Of a stretch of 64,000 nucleotides of DNA, positions 18,830 to 27,081 are shown one piece after another. The first letter of the stretch is position 1. The number at the start of each line of letters is the position of its first letter. Origin of the DNA: a virus (taxonomy: Duplodnaviria; Heunggongvirae; Uroviricota; Caudoviricetes). Below the pieces are notes generated by a model. That model did no database searches and had not been told where the DNA came from. It was given only the letters and a program-made list of their open reading frames with translations. Both the position numbers and the translations under genes were made by a program. Location of the stretch: the IMG/VR virus record IMGVR_UViG_3300043313_000558, one strand, 5' to 3'.

Positions 18830-19296
18830 CAGGCCTCCTCTTCCTGACCATCATCGCGTGCCGGGCCAGTCACCTGATGCTGCTCGCGACCTGCTCGAAG
18901 AGCCCGCTCATAGGCCTCCTTGCCACCGGAGACCACGATCACCTGGGTGGCGTTGGCCAGCTCATCCGGGCTGGGCTGGTCCAGGCGAAGCAGCTTCATC
19001 CGCTGGGCCATGATCTTGAGAGTGACCTCAGCCCCCTCCTTGTCGCCCTCGGTGCCCTGCACGTAGAACGGGATCATCATCTCGTCCAGGCGGGCCAGCT
19101 CCATAGCGATGATGTGGTCGCGCTCTTGCAGGGAGTACTCGCTGACCATGTCCACCATGTAGGCCCGGTAGCCCCGGATGCACTCGGGCACGGTCAGCTG
19201 CAGGCGCTCAGCGATCTCCTCAAAGGACAGCCCTGCGCGCTTGAAGTGGTAGATCTTCTTGTCGGTGTCGTCGACCGGGAACTGGATCACGCTCAT
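18829..19296 (-). CDS. small terminase subunit-like HTH protein (155 aa)
   Basis: internal start MSVIQFPVDDTDKKIYHFKRAGLSFEEIAERLQLTVPECIRGY (helix-turn-helix) followed by a helical oligomerisation-like region; lies upstream of terL in the same transcript direction. Confidence 0.4.
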   Translation of the reverse strand: MSVIQFPVDDTDKKIYHFKRAGLSFEEIAERLQLTVPECIRGYRAYMVDMVSEYSLQERDHIIAMELARLDEMMIPFYVQGTEGDKEGAEVTLKIMAQRMKLLRLDQPSPDELANATQVIVVSGGKEAYERALRAGREQHQVTGPARDDGQEEEA

Positions 19297-19712
19297 GCCG
19301 CCTCGATCCTGCGCATCGCGTCGTATACCTCCGCGATGGTGAGTGCGGCCGAGTCGACCGCTCGGAAGATCTCCTTCCGCTGTCGCATCGTAGTTCCGGC
19401 CCACAGGCCGTAGTCCTCGCGGTTGGTCAGCGCCTGGTACAAGCACTCATTGAAAACCGGGCACATCTCGCAGATGGCCCGGGCTTTGCGTATCGAGGTG
19501 AGCGTGTACGCGGGACGCTCCTCGGGGGTCGAGGAGCCAAAGAACACACTCTTGGAGGTGGTCCGGCATGCTGCCCTGGTGTGCCACTCGGGCATCAGGG
19601 AGATGATGGACCGGTACCGGGGGACATCGTCCACGTCGGCATGATCAGCGATGCTGAAAAAGTCATTGGCACTCTTCCAGTGTCCGTCCGTAGACGAAGA
19701 TCGCTGCAGCAT
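19293..19712 (-). CDS. whiB: WhiB-like Fe-S transcription factor
   Basis: four Cys: WHTRAACRTT ... CEMCPVFNEC plus the GLWAG turn. Confidence 0.65.
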   Translation of the reverse strand: MLQRSSSTDGHWKSANDFFSIADHADVDDVPRYRSIISLMPEWHTRAACRTTSKSVFFGSSTPEERPAYTLTSIRKARAICEMCPVFNECLYQALTNREDYGLWAGTTMRQRKEIFRAVDSAALTIAEVYDAMRRIEAA

Positions 19713-20118
19713 CAGTCAGATCCTGGTCTTGACCGCAGAGCGCTGCATAGTCTGGGTGCTCCTTACCTAGCCATAACGCCACATCATCCTTGCTCACGCC
19801 ACCTTTGCCAACTGTTGCTTTTTTCCAGCTGTCGACCGGGACCACGTGCACCCGGGCGTGTCGCGAAAGAACCATCCCCACCGTCTCGGCGATGAGGATG
19901 GTTGTTCGGATGTTGCGCACCCCTGCTAACACCGGTTCTTCCACGTAGATCACCGGGTCGGGGTCGGCCTCGATCAGCGTGTTGAGCCAGAGCTTCATGG
20001 CGTTCAGCTCGATGTTGCGGTTGGTCTTCTTGACCAGGATGTGGGCAGTGCGTGGCCCTGCCTCACCATCGGTGAACAGGGCCAGCTTCTTGGATGCCGG
20101 GTCGCAGCCCCAGATCAT
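19663..20118 (-). CDS. ruvC: RuvC-like Holliday junction resolvase
   Basis: N-terminal IWGCDPASKK (catalytic Asp), later IYVEEPV and VPVDSWKK acidic residues in RNaseH-fold spacing. Confidence 0.6.
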   Translation of the reverse strand: MIWGCDPASKKLALFTDGEAGPRTAHILVKKTNRNIELNAMKLWLNTLIEADPDPVIYVEEPVLAGVRNIRTTILIAETVGMVLSRHARVHVVPVDSWKKATVGKGGVSKDDVALWLGKEHPDYAALCGQDQDLTDAAAIFVYGRTLEECQ

Positions 20119-20561
20119 CCGAGGTTGGCGTCGTAGCGCTGTCGGGAGATGACGTCCTCCTGGGTAAGTCGGCGAGAGCCAAGGTCACAGTGCTTGCGAG
20201 CGGCTTCGATGAACGCTCGTAGTGGGCCCACGCGGACTCGATAGTACGGGTCGGACTTCTTCACCGCCCCGGTCCCCTCGCCCTCATGGATCAGCGCGTC
20301 GATCTCCTGAGCTCGGGAGTAGTAGGCCACCGCGCACTCCATCAGGCCCAGGTATGGGCTGTCGATCGGTGGGTCTACTCGTCCGAGGAGGACGTTCCAG
20401 TACTCGTGGAGCTCTCCCAGAATCTCTGGTACGTCTGGAAGACCTGCGGGGAGAGGGACCGAGGTGAGTCGTTCGCCGAACTGGACATGCGAAGGATGAC
20501 GGACCTCGCCTGGACTGCCGGATACGACATCTTCGGGCAGCTTGATGCGAACGGACACCAT
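20115..20561 (-). CDS. hypothetical protein
   Basis: ORF 20115..20588; its 5' part overlaps the 3' end of the RecB-like gene in another frame, so the true start may lie near 20342. Confidence 0.3.
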   Translation of the reverse strand: MVSVRIKLPEDVVSGSPGEVRHPSHVQFGERLTSVPLPAGLPDVPEILGELHEYWNVLLGRVDPPIDSPYLGLMECAVAYYSRAQEIDALIHEGEGTGAVKKSDPYYRVRVGPLRAFIEAARKHCDLGSRRLTQEDVISRQRYDANLG

Positions 20562-21244
20562 CGGTATGCGCCTTCTTTCTTCGTGCACTCCTCCAGCATG
20601 GGGAGCAGAGTCCTGTTGTCGGTGGCCTCGTTGAGCATCTCCAGGTCATCACGGACGGCAGCGACCTCGTTCTCGTCGCGCTCCACGAAAAACTCCAGCA
20701 GGTCGTTGGTGTTCTTGTTCTCGTAGACCACCCGGAAGGCGTCGGTGCCACTGGCCAGCATGTAGCTGTGGATCTGGTGCCGGTGCTCGGCCTTGGGCCC
20801 GAAAGCACGCACGCTGCCGAACCCGTTCTGGTTGATGCTCTTGTACTCCACCGGGATGCCCTTGGTGTCCAGGGCGTCCATGGTGCCGACCAGGTTCAGC
20901 TCGGGCAGGGTCACCGGCACCTCGGCATCGCGCAGGTAGCCAGCGCTCAACCCGACCACCTGATGGCGCAGGTGGACGTAGGTGCCGTTGAGGAAGATGT
21001 TCAGCCCGTGCTCGTCGGGGGTCTTACCGTCCATCCCCAGGTAGGAGAACTGACGTTGCCGCAGGCACTTGCCTGCCCCCGATGCTGCCCAGGACTGGGT
21101 GCGGTCACGCTCCGGGATGCCCAGCAGCCGATGCATATGGTTGCGCTCGGCTTCCACGTTGCGTGGGCCTGCCAGGTAGGCGGCGTAACGAGGTCGGATC
21201 CAGTCCATGGTCTTGGCGATCCGCATCGCCTCGCCGAGCTTCAT
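20375..21244 (-). CDS. RecB-family / Cas4-like PD-(D/E)xK exonuclease
   Basis: GTMDALDTKGIPVEYKS (D..E.K motif) and C-terminal Cys cluster CTKKEGAYRWCPFASSCP typical of Cas4/RecB nuclease Fe-S domain. Confidence 0.65.
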   Translation of the reverse strand: MKLGEAMRIAKTMDWIRPRYAAYLAGPRNVEAERNHMHRLLGIPERDRTQSWAASGAGKCLRQRQFSYLGMDGKTPDEHGLNIFLNGTYVHLRHQVVGLSAGYLRDAEVPVTLPELNLVGTMDALDTKGIPVEYKSINQNGFGSVRAFGPKAEHRHQIHSYMLASGTDAFRVVYENKNTNDLLEFFVERDENEVAAVRDDLEMLNEATDNRTLLPMLEECTKKEGAYRWCPFASSCPKMSYPAVQARSVILRMSSSANDSPRSLSPQVFQTYQRFWESSTSTGTSSSDE

Positions 21245-21576
21245 GAGGTCTTCTTCCCGTACTTGGAGGAGAGGTAGAGGTCCGGTCCGATGTAGAGCAC
21301 CTGATCTCCATCGGACCGGACGTACCCTTCGATGAGCAGCCCGGAGGATGCCCCTCGATTGTCTACCTCTTCGTGGTGCGCCCGGCAGAGCGCGAGGTGA
21401 TGGTAGGTCTCACCGGCTGCGTCCAGGACGGATCCACCTCGCCCCCGTGGGAGGACGTGGTGATCGTCCACAGGGGACTTGCCACACCTGACCCATGCTC
21501 GGTCGAGCCGGACCATGGCTTCGCAGTGGCCTTGAGACCTTCGTAGGACCTGTTCACGGATGTTCTCCTTCTTCAT
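21241..21576 (-). CDS. HNH endonuclease (111 aa)
   Basis: internal start MKKENIREQV..; VDDHHVLPRGRGGS...LALCRAHHEEVDN H-N-H core. Confidence 0.55.
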   Translation of the reverse strand: MKKENIREQVLRRSQGHCEAMVRLDRAWVRCGKSPVDDHHVLPRGRGGSVLDAAGETYHHLALCRAHHEEVDNRGASSGLLIEGYVRSDGDQVLYIGPDLYLSSKYGKKTS

Positions 21577-21893
21577 GTGCGGCGCTTCACGCCGGTCACG
21601 GCTTCGGTGTACCTGGCCATCTCGGCCGGGTCCATCTCGGTATCGATGGTCGGGCTCTTGGGGACCATCACGAACGGCTTGACTGGCTCTTCTTCCTGGC
21701 TGGCTGGTTCTGGTTCTTCGTTGGTCCGATTCAGCGCACTGTCGACCACCTGGTTGACGCAGGGCCATCCGCACACGTCGATGGCGATGCCCTCGCCCTC
21801 TTCCTCGACGAACGAAGCCGGGATGACCATCTCGATCATGTCGTCGCCGGGTCCGTAGTCCGTCCCGCAGACGTCGCACTTGATGATCCGCAT
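21573..21893 (-). CDS. acidic zinc-ribbon protein (106 aa)
   Basis: MRIIKCDVCGTDY ... IDVCGWPC. Confidence 0.4.
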   Translation of the reverse strand: MRIIKCDVCGTDYGPGDDMIEMVIPASFVEEEGEGIAIDVCGWPCVNQVVDSALNRTNEEPEPASQEEEPVKPFVMVPKSPTIDTEMDPAEMARYTEAVTGVKRRT

Positions 21894-21895
21894 AC

Positions 21896-24520
21896 CTAAC
21901 CTCCTACTAACGAGGCCATCGCCCCGGCGCTGTAGAGCACGGCGAGTTTGCCGATGCTCAGGTCCTTGTCCTCCAGGTAGGCGTAGACGCCGCTGACCTT
22001 TACGGGGTTGACCTTCTCGCAGAACTCATCGATGCTGCGATAGGGCTGAAAGGCCTCCACCTCCCGGGCTACCACCGGTCCGATCCCGTCGAGCGACAGA
22101 AGCCCCCTGCGGATAGCGCCGACGCTGTGGTCCACCGAGTAGGTGGCCCGGGAGCTGTTCACATCCGGCTTGAGCAGCTTGATCCCACGGTGCCGGGTGA
22201 CCCGCTGGTAGTGGGTCTCCTTGTCGGTGCCAGCGGCCACGGCCAGCAGCGCAGCGTGGAACTCCAGTGGGTGGTTCTTGATCAGCCAGGCGCAGTGGTA
22301 CGCGGTGATCCCGTACACGGTGGCGTGGGCCCGGTTGAACGAGTACTCGGCGAAGGCCTCCAGGGCCTTCCAAAGCCACTCCACGTCCCCGGCGGTCATT
22401 CCGGCCCTGTTGCACATTTTGGCCACGATCGGCTCATAGTGCTCCATCACCGCCTTGGCCCGCTCTACGCCCTTGTTGGAGGCCTTGACCGCCTTGAGGA
22501 AGGTGTTCAGGTCATCCGGGCTCATCCCCATCGAGCGCAGGATCTCGATCACCTGGTCCTGGTAGAGCAGGATGCCGAAGGTCTCGTTGGTGGCGTCGGC
22601 GATGATCTTGTGCCGCACTGGCAGTCGCTCGGTGCGGTTCTTGCGCTGCACGTAGGACTCCATCGCCCCGGAGTTCATCACCCCGGGCCGGAACAGGGCC
22701 ATCGCCGCGATCACGTCGCCGATCTTGGTCGGGTGCAGCCGCTTGATCTGTCGCTGGCTGGTGTAGCCCTCCAGTTGGAAGATGCCGTCCGTGTCCGCCG
22801 AGGCGATCATCGAGTAGGTGGCCCGGTCGGTGTACGGGATCCAGGACAGGCCCTCACCTGGATCCCGGCCCAGGTTCAGGATGGTCCGTCTCAGGACCGA
22901 GAGGGTCTTCACCCCGAGCACGTCCAGCTTGACCAGGCCGATCTCCTCTACGTCCTTCATGTCGTACTGGGTCACCCAGGTCTTGGACGAGGCGATCCAC
23001 TGCAGCGGCACGTACTTCTCTATGTCGGCCCGCGAGGAGGCCACCACCAGCCCTGCCGCGTGGGTGCCCGGCCCGGACACCAGGGACAGGGAGGAGAGCT
23101 GGTAGAGCAGCATCTTGTCCTCGGCGGTGGCGGTGGCCCAGTCCGCGCTGCCGGTGGTCTTGCGCTGCCGGGACAGGTACTTCACCCGCAGTGAGCCCTT
23201 ACCGGTGTCCCCGTCGATGCTGTAGGTCCCCCACGAGCAGATCTGGACCACCGCGTAGCGGGCCCCAATCCACTCCATCAGTTCCTTGCGTCGGTCGTGC
23301 TCGATGTCGATGTCGACGTCCGGGGGCTTGGTGCGGTCCTTGGTCAGAAAGCGGTCGAAGCGCAACTTCCAGGTCAGCGGGTCGTGGCTGGCGATCTTGA
23401 GCAGGTAGCAGACCAGTGAGCCCGCCGCACTGCCCCGGATCTGGAAGAACATCTTGACCTCACGCATGTGCTCACACACGTCGGCCACCATCAGCATGTA
23501 GTCGGCCATCCCGGCCGCCTTGATCACCGAGAGCTCTTCCTCCAGCCGGTCCTTGTAGACCTGCTTAGCAATCCCGAGAGCCTGGGCACACCGTGCCGCC
23601 AGTTCCACGTCGGGCAGCGGGTAGATCTGCGGGATCTTGAACTCGTAGGTGTCCATCTCCTCAATGGCCATGTCCCACTGGTTCAGCAGGCGTTGCAGAC
23701 CCGCGATCCCGGCCTCGAAGTGCTTGGGCTCGTGGTGCTCACGCATCCAGGCCTCGTCGACCATGTGGAAGCCGTCGCCGGGGAACTTGGCGTTGTCCGG
23801 CTCATCGGACCAGGAGACCAGTTCCTTGAGCGTGTCGTGGAACTCCTTCTCCTTCTCGTGCACGTAGTGGGAGTCCTGGGTGATCACCACCGGCAGGTTC
23901 AGTTCCCGGGCGATCCGGTACAGCAGACGGCAGATGGTCCGCTCGGACAGCCGCACATCGTGCTCGATGTTGTGGGCCTGGATCTCCACGTAGGTGTCGA
24001 ACCACAGGCTGAAGGTGGCCACCAGTTGCTTGGCCGCGGCGTAGCCGTCGTTGATCAGGGTCTGGATGACCATCCCGAAGTAACAGCCGGTGGTCAGTGC
24101 CAGGCCCTCGGTCTTCCCCTCCTGCGCCAGGTTGGCCAGGTCAGTCAGGTCCAGCAGTGGCCGGTGGTAGAAGTTGGCGTGGGAGAGCGTGGAGATCGCC
24201 ACCAGGTTGCGGTAGCCGGTCGTGGTGTAGGCCACCAGACCAGCGTGGTAGCGCTTCGCCTTCTTGTCGGCACGGTCCTTGACCAGGTACAACTCGGTCC
24301 CGGGCATCGGCTTGATGCCGACCTTCTTGCAGGCCTTGTAGAGCTGAACTGATGCGGCCATGTTGCCGTGATCGGTGATCGCCAAAGCGGGGTAGTGCAA
24401 GGCCGACGCCTGTGCCACCACTTCTGCCACCGATGGCAGCGCGTCGTTGAACGAGTACCGGCTGTGGGTGTGCAAAGAAAAGTAGCGGCTATTTGGCACG
24501 ATCCGTATCGACTGTGTCAT
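21896..24520 (-). CDS. dnaE: DNA polymerase III alpha subunit (DnaE-type) with N-terminal PHP domain
   Basis: HTHSRYSFNDALPSVAEVV..ALAITDHGNMAASV PHP motifs; 874 aa; C-family polymerase core layout. Confidence 0.8.
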   Translation of the reverse strand: MTQSIRIVPNSRYFSLHTHSRYSFNDALPSVAEVVAQASALHYPALAITDHGNMAASVQLYKACKKVGIKPMPGTELYLVKDRADKKAKRYHAGLVAYTTTGYRNLVAISTLSHANFYHRPLLDLTDLANLAQEGKTEGLALTTGCYFGMVIQTLINDGYAAAKQLVATFSLWFDTYVEIQAHNIEHDVRLSERTICRLLYRIARELNLPVVITQDSHYVHEKEKEFHDTLKELVSWSDEPDNAKFPGDGFHMVDEAWMREHHEPKHFEAGIAGLQRLLNQWDMAIEEMDTYEFKIPQIYPLPDVELAARCAQALGIAKQVYKDRLEEELSVIKAAGMADYMLMVADVCEHMREVKMFFQIRGSAAGSLVCYLLKIASHDPLTWKLRFDRFLTKDRTKPPDVDIDIEHDRRKELMEWIGARYAVVQICSWGTYSIDGDTGKGSLRVKYLSRQRKTTGSADWATATAEDKMLLYQLSSLSLVSGPGTHAAGLVVASSRADIEKYVPLQWIASSKTWVTQYDMKDVEEIGLVKLDVLGVKTLSVLRRTILNLGRDPGEGLSWIPYTDRATYSMIASADTDGIFQLEGYTSQRQIKRLHPTKIGDVIAAMALFRPGVMNSGAMESYVQRKNRTERLPVRHKIIADATNETFGILLYQDQVIEILRSMGMSPDDLNTFLKAVKASNKGVERAKAVMEHYEPIVAKMCNRAGMTAGDVEWLWKALEAFAEYSFNRAHATVYGITAYHCAWLIKNHPLEFHAALLAVAAGTDKETHYQRVTRHRGIKLLKPDVNSSRATYSVDHSVGAIRRGLLSLDGIGPVVAREVEAFQPYRSIDEFCEKVNPVKVSGVYAYLEDKDLSIGKLAVLYSAGAMASLVGG

Positions 24521-24555
24521 GCTGTGATCTCCAGGTTCAGAGCGCCTAGGACACG

Positions 24556-24587
24556 GAAGGCCCCCGGGTTGGTAGCCGGGGGCCTTC
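24556..24587 (-). terminator. GC hairpin between the 275-aa gene and dnaE
   Basis: gaaggcccccgg / ccgggggccttc 12-bp stem. Confidence 0.4.
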
Positions 24588-24598
24588 CCCTATGCCTT

Positions 24599-25426
24599 CT
24601 AGGACAGGGCGGCGACGAGCTGCTTGACCAGGTCGTCGTGGTCCTTGAAGGCGGGAACAGGGAGCTTCGCGATCCGGTAGACCTCGATGACCTCGTTCAC
24701 GTCCATTGCCTGGAGCTGTTCCATGGTGAGCTCCCGCTGACCCTCGTCCTGCTGGGCAGCGGGCTCAGAAGGGGGGTCGTCGGGGAACCTGTCCGCGTCC
24801 GCCATCGAGCGCGGCTTGTCCAGCGGCTTGAGGTAGCCCGCCGCCGTAATCGGCTCTTCCAGCCCGAACAGCTGACCACCTGAGTACTCCGGCTCGTCCG
24901 GCAGACCGCCCCAGACCTCCCGGAAGGCCTCCTTGAGCGCCTCCTGGTGGTCCTTGAGCTGGGTCTTGGCCTCGGTGAGGTCGGTGTCGGTCTTCTCCTC
25001 ACGGTCGATCGAGTACGAGGTCTTGTTGGCGACCTGGTCCTTGTAGATCGTGTAGGGCCGGTCCATGATCGTGCCGAACTTGTCGGACTGCCGCAGCAGG
25101 TCGTCGATCAGTGAGTACGGGATCTTGTAGAGGTCCACGTAGCCGGTCTCGGTGTTCAGCGCGTTGACGATGTAGCGCTTGGAGGCCTTGGCCTCGCGCT
25201 CGTTCTCGCTGTTGTGACCCGGGCAGGTCGGCCGGTCATCCGTGCACGGGTAGTCCCGGTTCTTGGTCTGGTTGAAGTGCATCCACACGCTGGTCCAGTC
25301 CTTGATCTCCTCCAGGAAGATCAGCGTGGTGGCCTTGTCCTTGAAGTACTTGATGTACGAGCCCTGGGAGCCGTTGGCCTCCGGGTCGTACGCAGGCTCT
25401 TGGGCCTGGGCAACACCGAACTGCAT
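24599..25426 (-). CDS. hypothetical 275-aa protein (possible ssDNA-binding/recombination accessory)
   Basis: internal start MQFGVAQAQEP; position within the replication module; CPGH motif; no definitive signature. Confidence 0.35.
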   Translation of the reverse strand: MQFGVAQAQEPAYDPEANGSQGSYIKYFKDKATTLIFLEEIKDWTSVWMHFNQTKNRDYPCTDDRPTCPGHNSENEREAKASKRYIVNALNTETGYVDLYKIPYSLIDDLLRQSDKFGTIMDRPYTIYKDQVANKTSYSIDREEKTDTDLTEAKTQLKDHQEALKEAFREVWGGLPDEPEYSGGQLFGLEEPITAAGYLKPLDKPRSMADADRFPDDPPSEPAAQQDEGQRELTMEQLQAMDVNEVIEVYRIAKLPVPAFKDHDDLVKQLVAALS

Positions 25427-25427
25427 G

Positions 25428-25739
25428 TCAGTCCTTTCGACGGGTGATCTTCGGGGTGAAGTAGTCCCGAAGCTCCTGAATGTCATCTGGGGTGTAGAGG
25501 TAGACCTTCATCTTGCCCTCCCAGACCTCGTGGGACGGGGCCTTCACCCTGCCCCGGTACATGGCCCGGCGGATCGTCATCTGGTCTTTCCCGAGGATGT
25601 CAGCGACCTCTGACAGGAGGTAATACTGCCCGTCCAGCGAGGACACCAGTCGGGCAGCGGGGGAGATGCCCCCGCCGGGCTGGTTGGTCCGCTTCACGAC
25701 TTCAGGAGTCGTCTGCGGCTCTGGTGCTGAATCGGACAC
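25428..25739 (-). CDS. helix-turn-helix DNA-binding protein
   Basis: YYLLSEVADILGKDQMTIRRAMYRG MerR/excisionase-like HTH. Confidence 0.45.
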   Translation of the reverse strand: MSDSAPEPQTTPEVVKRTNQPGGGISPAARLVSSLDGQYYLLSEVADILGKDQMTIRRAMYRGRVKAPSHEVWEGKMKVYLYTPDDIQELRDYFTPKITRRKD

Positions 25740-26142
25740 TGGGACGGTTCTTCCTCTCCGTGACGTGCTTGCCCACGGCGAACGGGTCGACCTCGCCGTG
25801 CTCCATACCCTCTTCGAGGGCTTTGCGGTCCAGAACGCGCTTGGTGAACTTCTCGTAGGTCTCCGTACCGAGCTCCTTCTCCAGGCCTACCTCGTCGATG
25901 ATCGGCGTGGTGGCCTGCAGAAACGTGGCGCGGTAGATCTTCCCGCCGTCCTGGACTTCGTGGGTCTTGATCTGCTGGGCCTCCATCTCGGCGGCCAGCG
26001 TCTTACGGACGGCTTCGAAGGCGTTCTGGGCGTCGGTCGCGGCCTGTTGCATCTCCGCGAACGACCCGACCAGCAGGTCCATCTTCAGCTTGGTGTTGTC
26101 GTCCATGACCCACACCCTGCCACCCTGGTCCACTCTTGTCAA
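25702..26142 (-). CDS. hypothetical 146-aa protein
   Basis: ORF; ATGA overlap with the primase stop. Confidence 0.35.
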   Translation of the reverse strand: MTRVDQGGRVWVMDDNTKLKMDLLVGSFAEMQQAATDAQNAFEAVRKTLAAEMEAQQIKTHEVQDGGKIYRATFLQATTPIIDEVGLEKELGTETYEKFTKRVLDRKALEEGMEHGEVDPFAVGKHVTERKNRPSVRFSTRAADDS

Positions 26143-26957
26143 GCGTAGGTCACTGCCAGGTGGTCGAACATCACCTTGCGGTCAGCGAGCGGGATCGCAG
26201 CCAGGTCCTTGTAGCCCTCCCAGACCAGGCGGTCCACCTTCACGTCGTGGCGCAGCACCTTGCGGACCTGCTCGGTGCCCGCGTGGCCCGCGTCGTCCTG
26301 GTCGTAGGCGACCAGCAGCACCTCCGGGTCGTAGGCCCGGATCAGGTCCGCCTGAGCCCGTGAGAGCCCGTTACGGAACGAGGCGACCGCGGAGGGCCAT
26401 CCGGCCTCCTCGGCTGCGATCGCGTCCGTAGCCCCCTCTGTGAGGATCAGGACGTCCCCCTCTGCCCGGTGCACGTTGTACAGGAAGCGGGAGATCGGCA
26501 CGTTGACCGGGTAGCGGTACTTGGGCCCGTGCCGAGAGAGCAGATCTCGACGGATCACCCCGTGCAGCTCCCCAGCCGGGTCCCGCACCGGGATGGTGGC
26601 AAACTGCCCGGTCATGTCCACCCCGAGCCGGTGGACCCGGCACAGCGCTCGGTTGAACCGGGAGAGCCAGTACTCCCCCGGTCCCAGCACGTCGTAGAAG
26701 TCCAGGTAGGACTCCGGCAGCGTTCGCACGTCCTCCTCCATCCGATCCAGCATGGAACGGACCGAGGCGGTGGCCTGAGCCGGAGTGAGCTCGGAGACCA
26801 GGTACTTCCCCTTGGCTCCGCACGCGTAGCAGAACCACAGTCCGGTCATCGAGTTAACGCTTGCCGAGGGGTTGGTGTCCCCGTGCACATGGCACCTGAA
26901 CTGCCGTTCCACCCCCTGGCCGTAGACCATCGCCTCAGCAAGTGAGCCGTAGCTCAT
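26139..26957 (-). CDS. DnaG-like DNA primase (zinc-binding + TOPRIM)
   Basis: CHVHGDTNPSASVNSMTGLWFCYACGAKG zinc ribbon; VLILTEGATDAIAAEEAGW and YDQDDAGHAG TOPRIM acidic motifs. Confidence 0.7.
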   Translation of the reverse strand: MSYGSLAEAMVYGQGVERQFRCHVHGDTNPSASVNSMTGLWFCYACGAKGKYLVSELTPAQATASVRSMLDRMEEDVRTLPESYLDFYDVLGPGEYWLSRFNRALCRVHRLGVDMTGQFATIPVRDPAGELHGVIRRDLLSRHGPKYRYPVNVPISRFLYNVHRAEGDVLILTEGATDAIAAEEAGWPSAVASFRNGLSRAQADLIRAYDPEVLLVAYDQDDAGHAGTEQVRKVLRHDVKVDRLVWEGYKDLAAIPLADRKVMFDHLAVTYA

Positions 26958-27081
26958 GCCACGACCTTGTCCAGCACGGCCTGACGGATCAGGTCCTGGA
27001 CTCGTTGATGATGCTCCTCCGCGGCGGCCCGGATGTCAGCGATTTCTTCCTCGGTGAAGAGGTCCTGGGTGTCGTCGGTGG

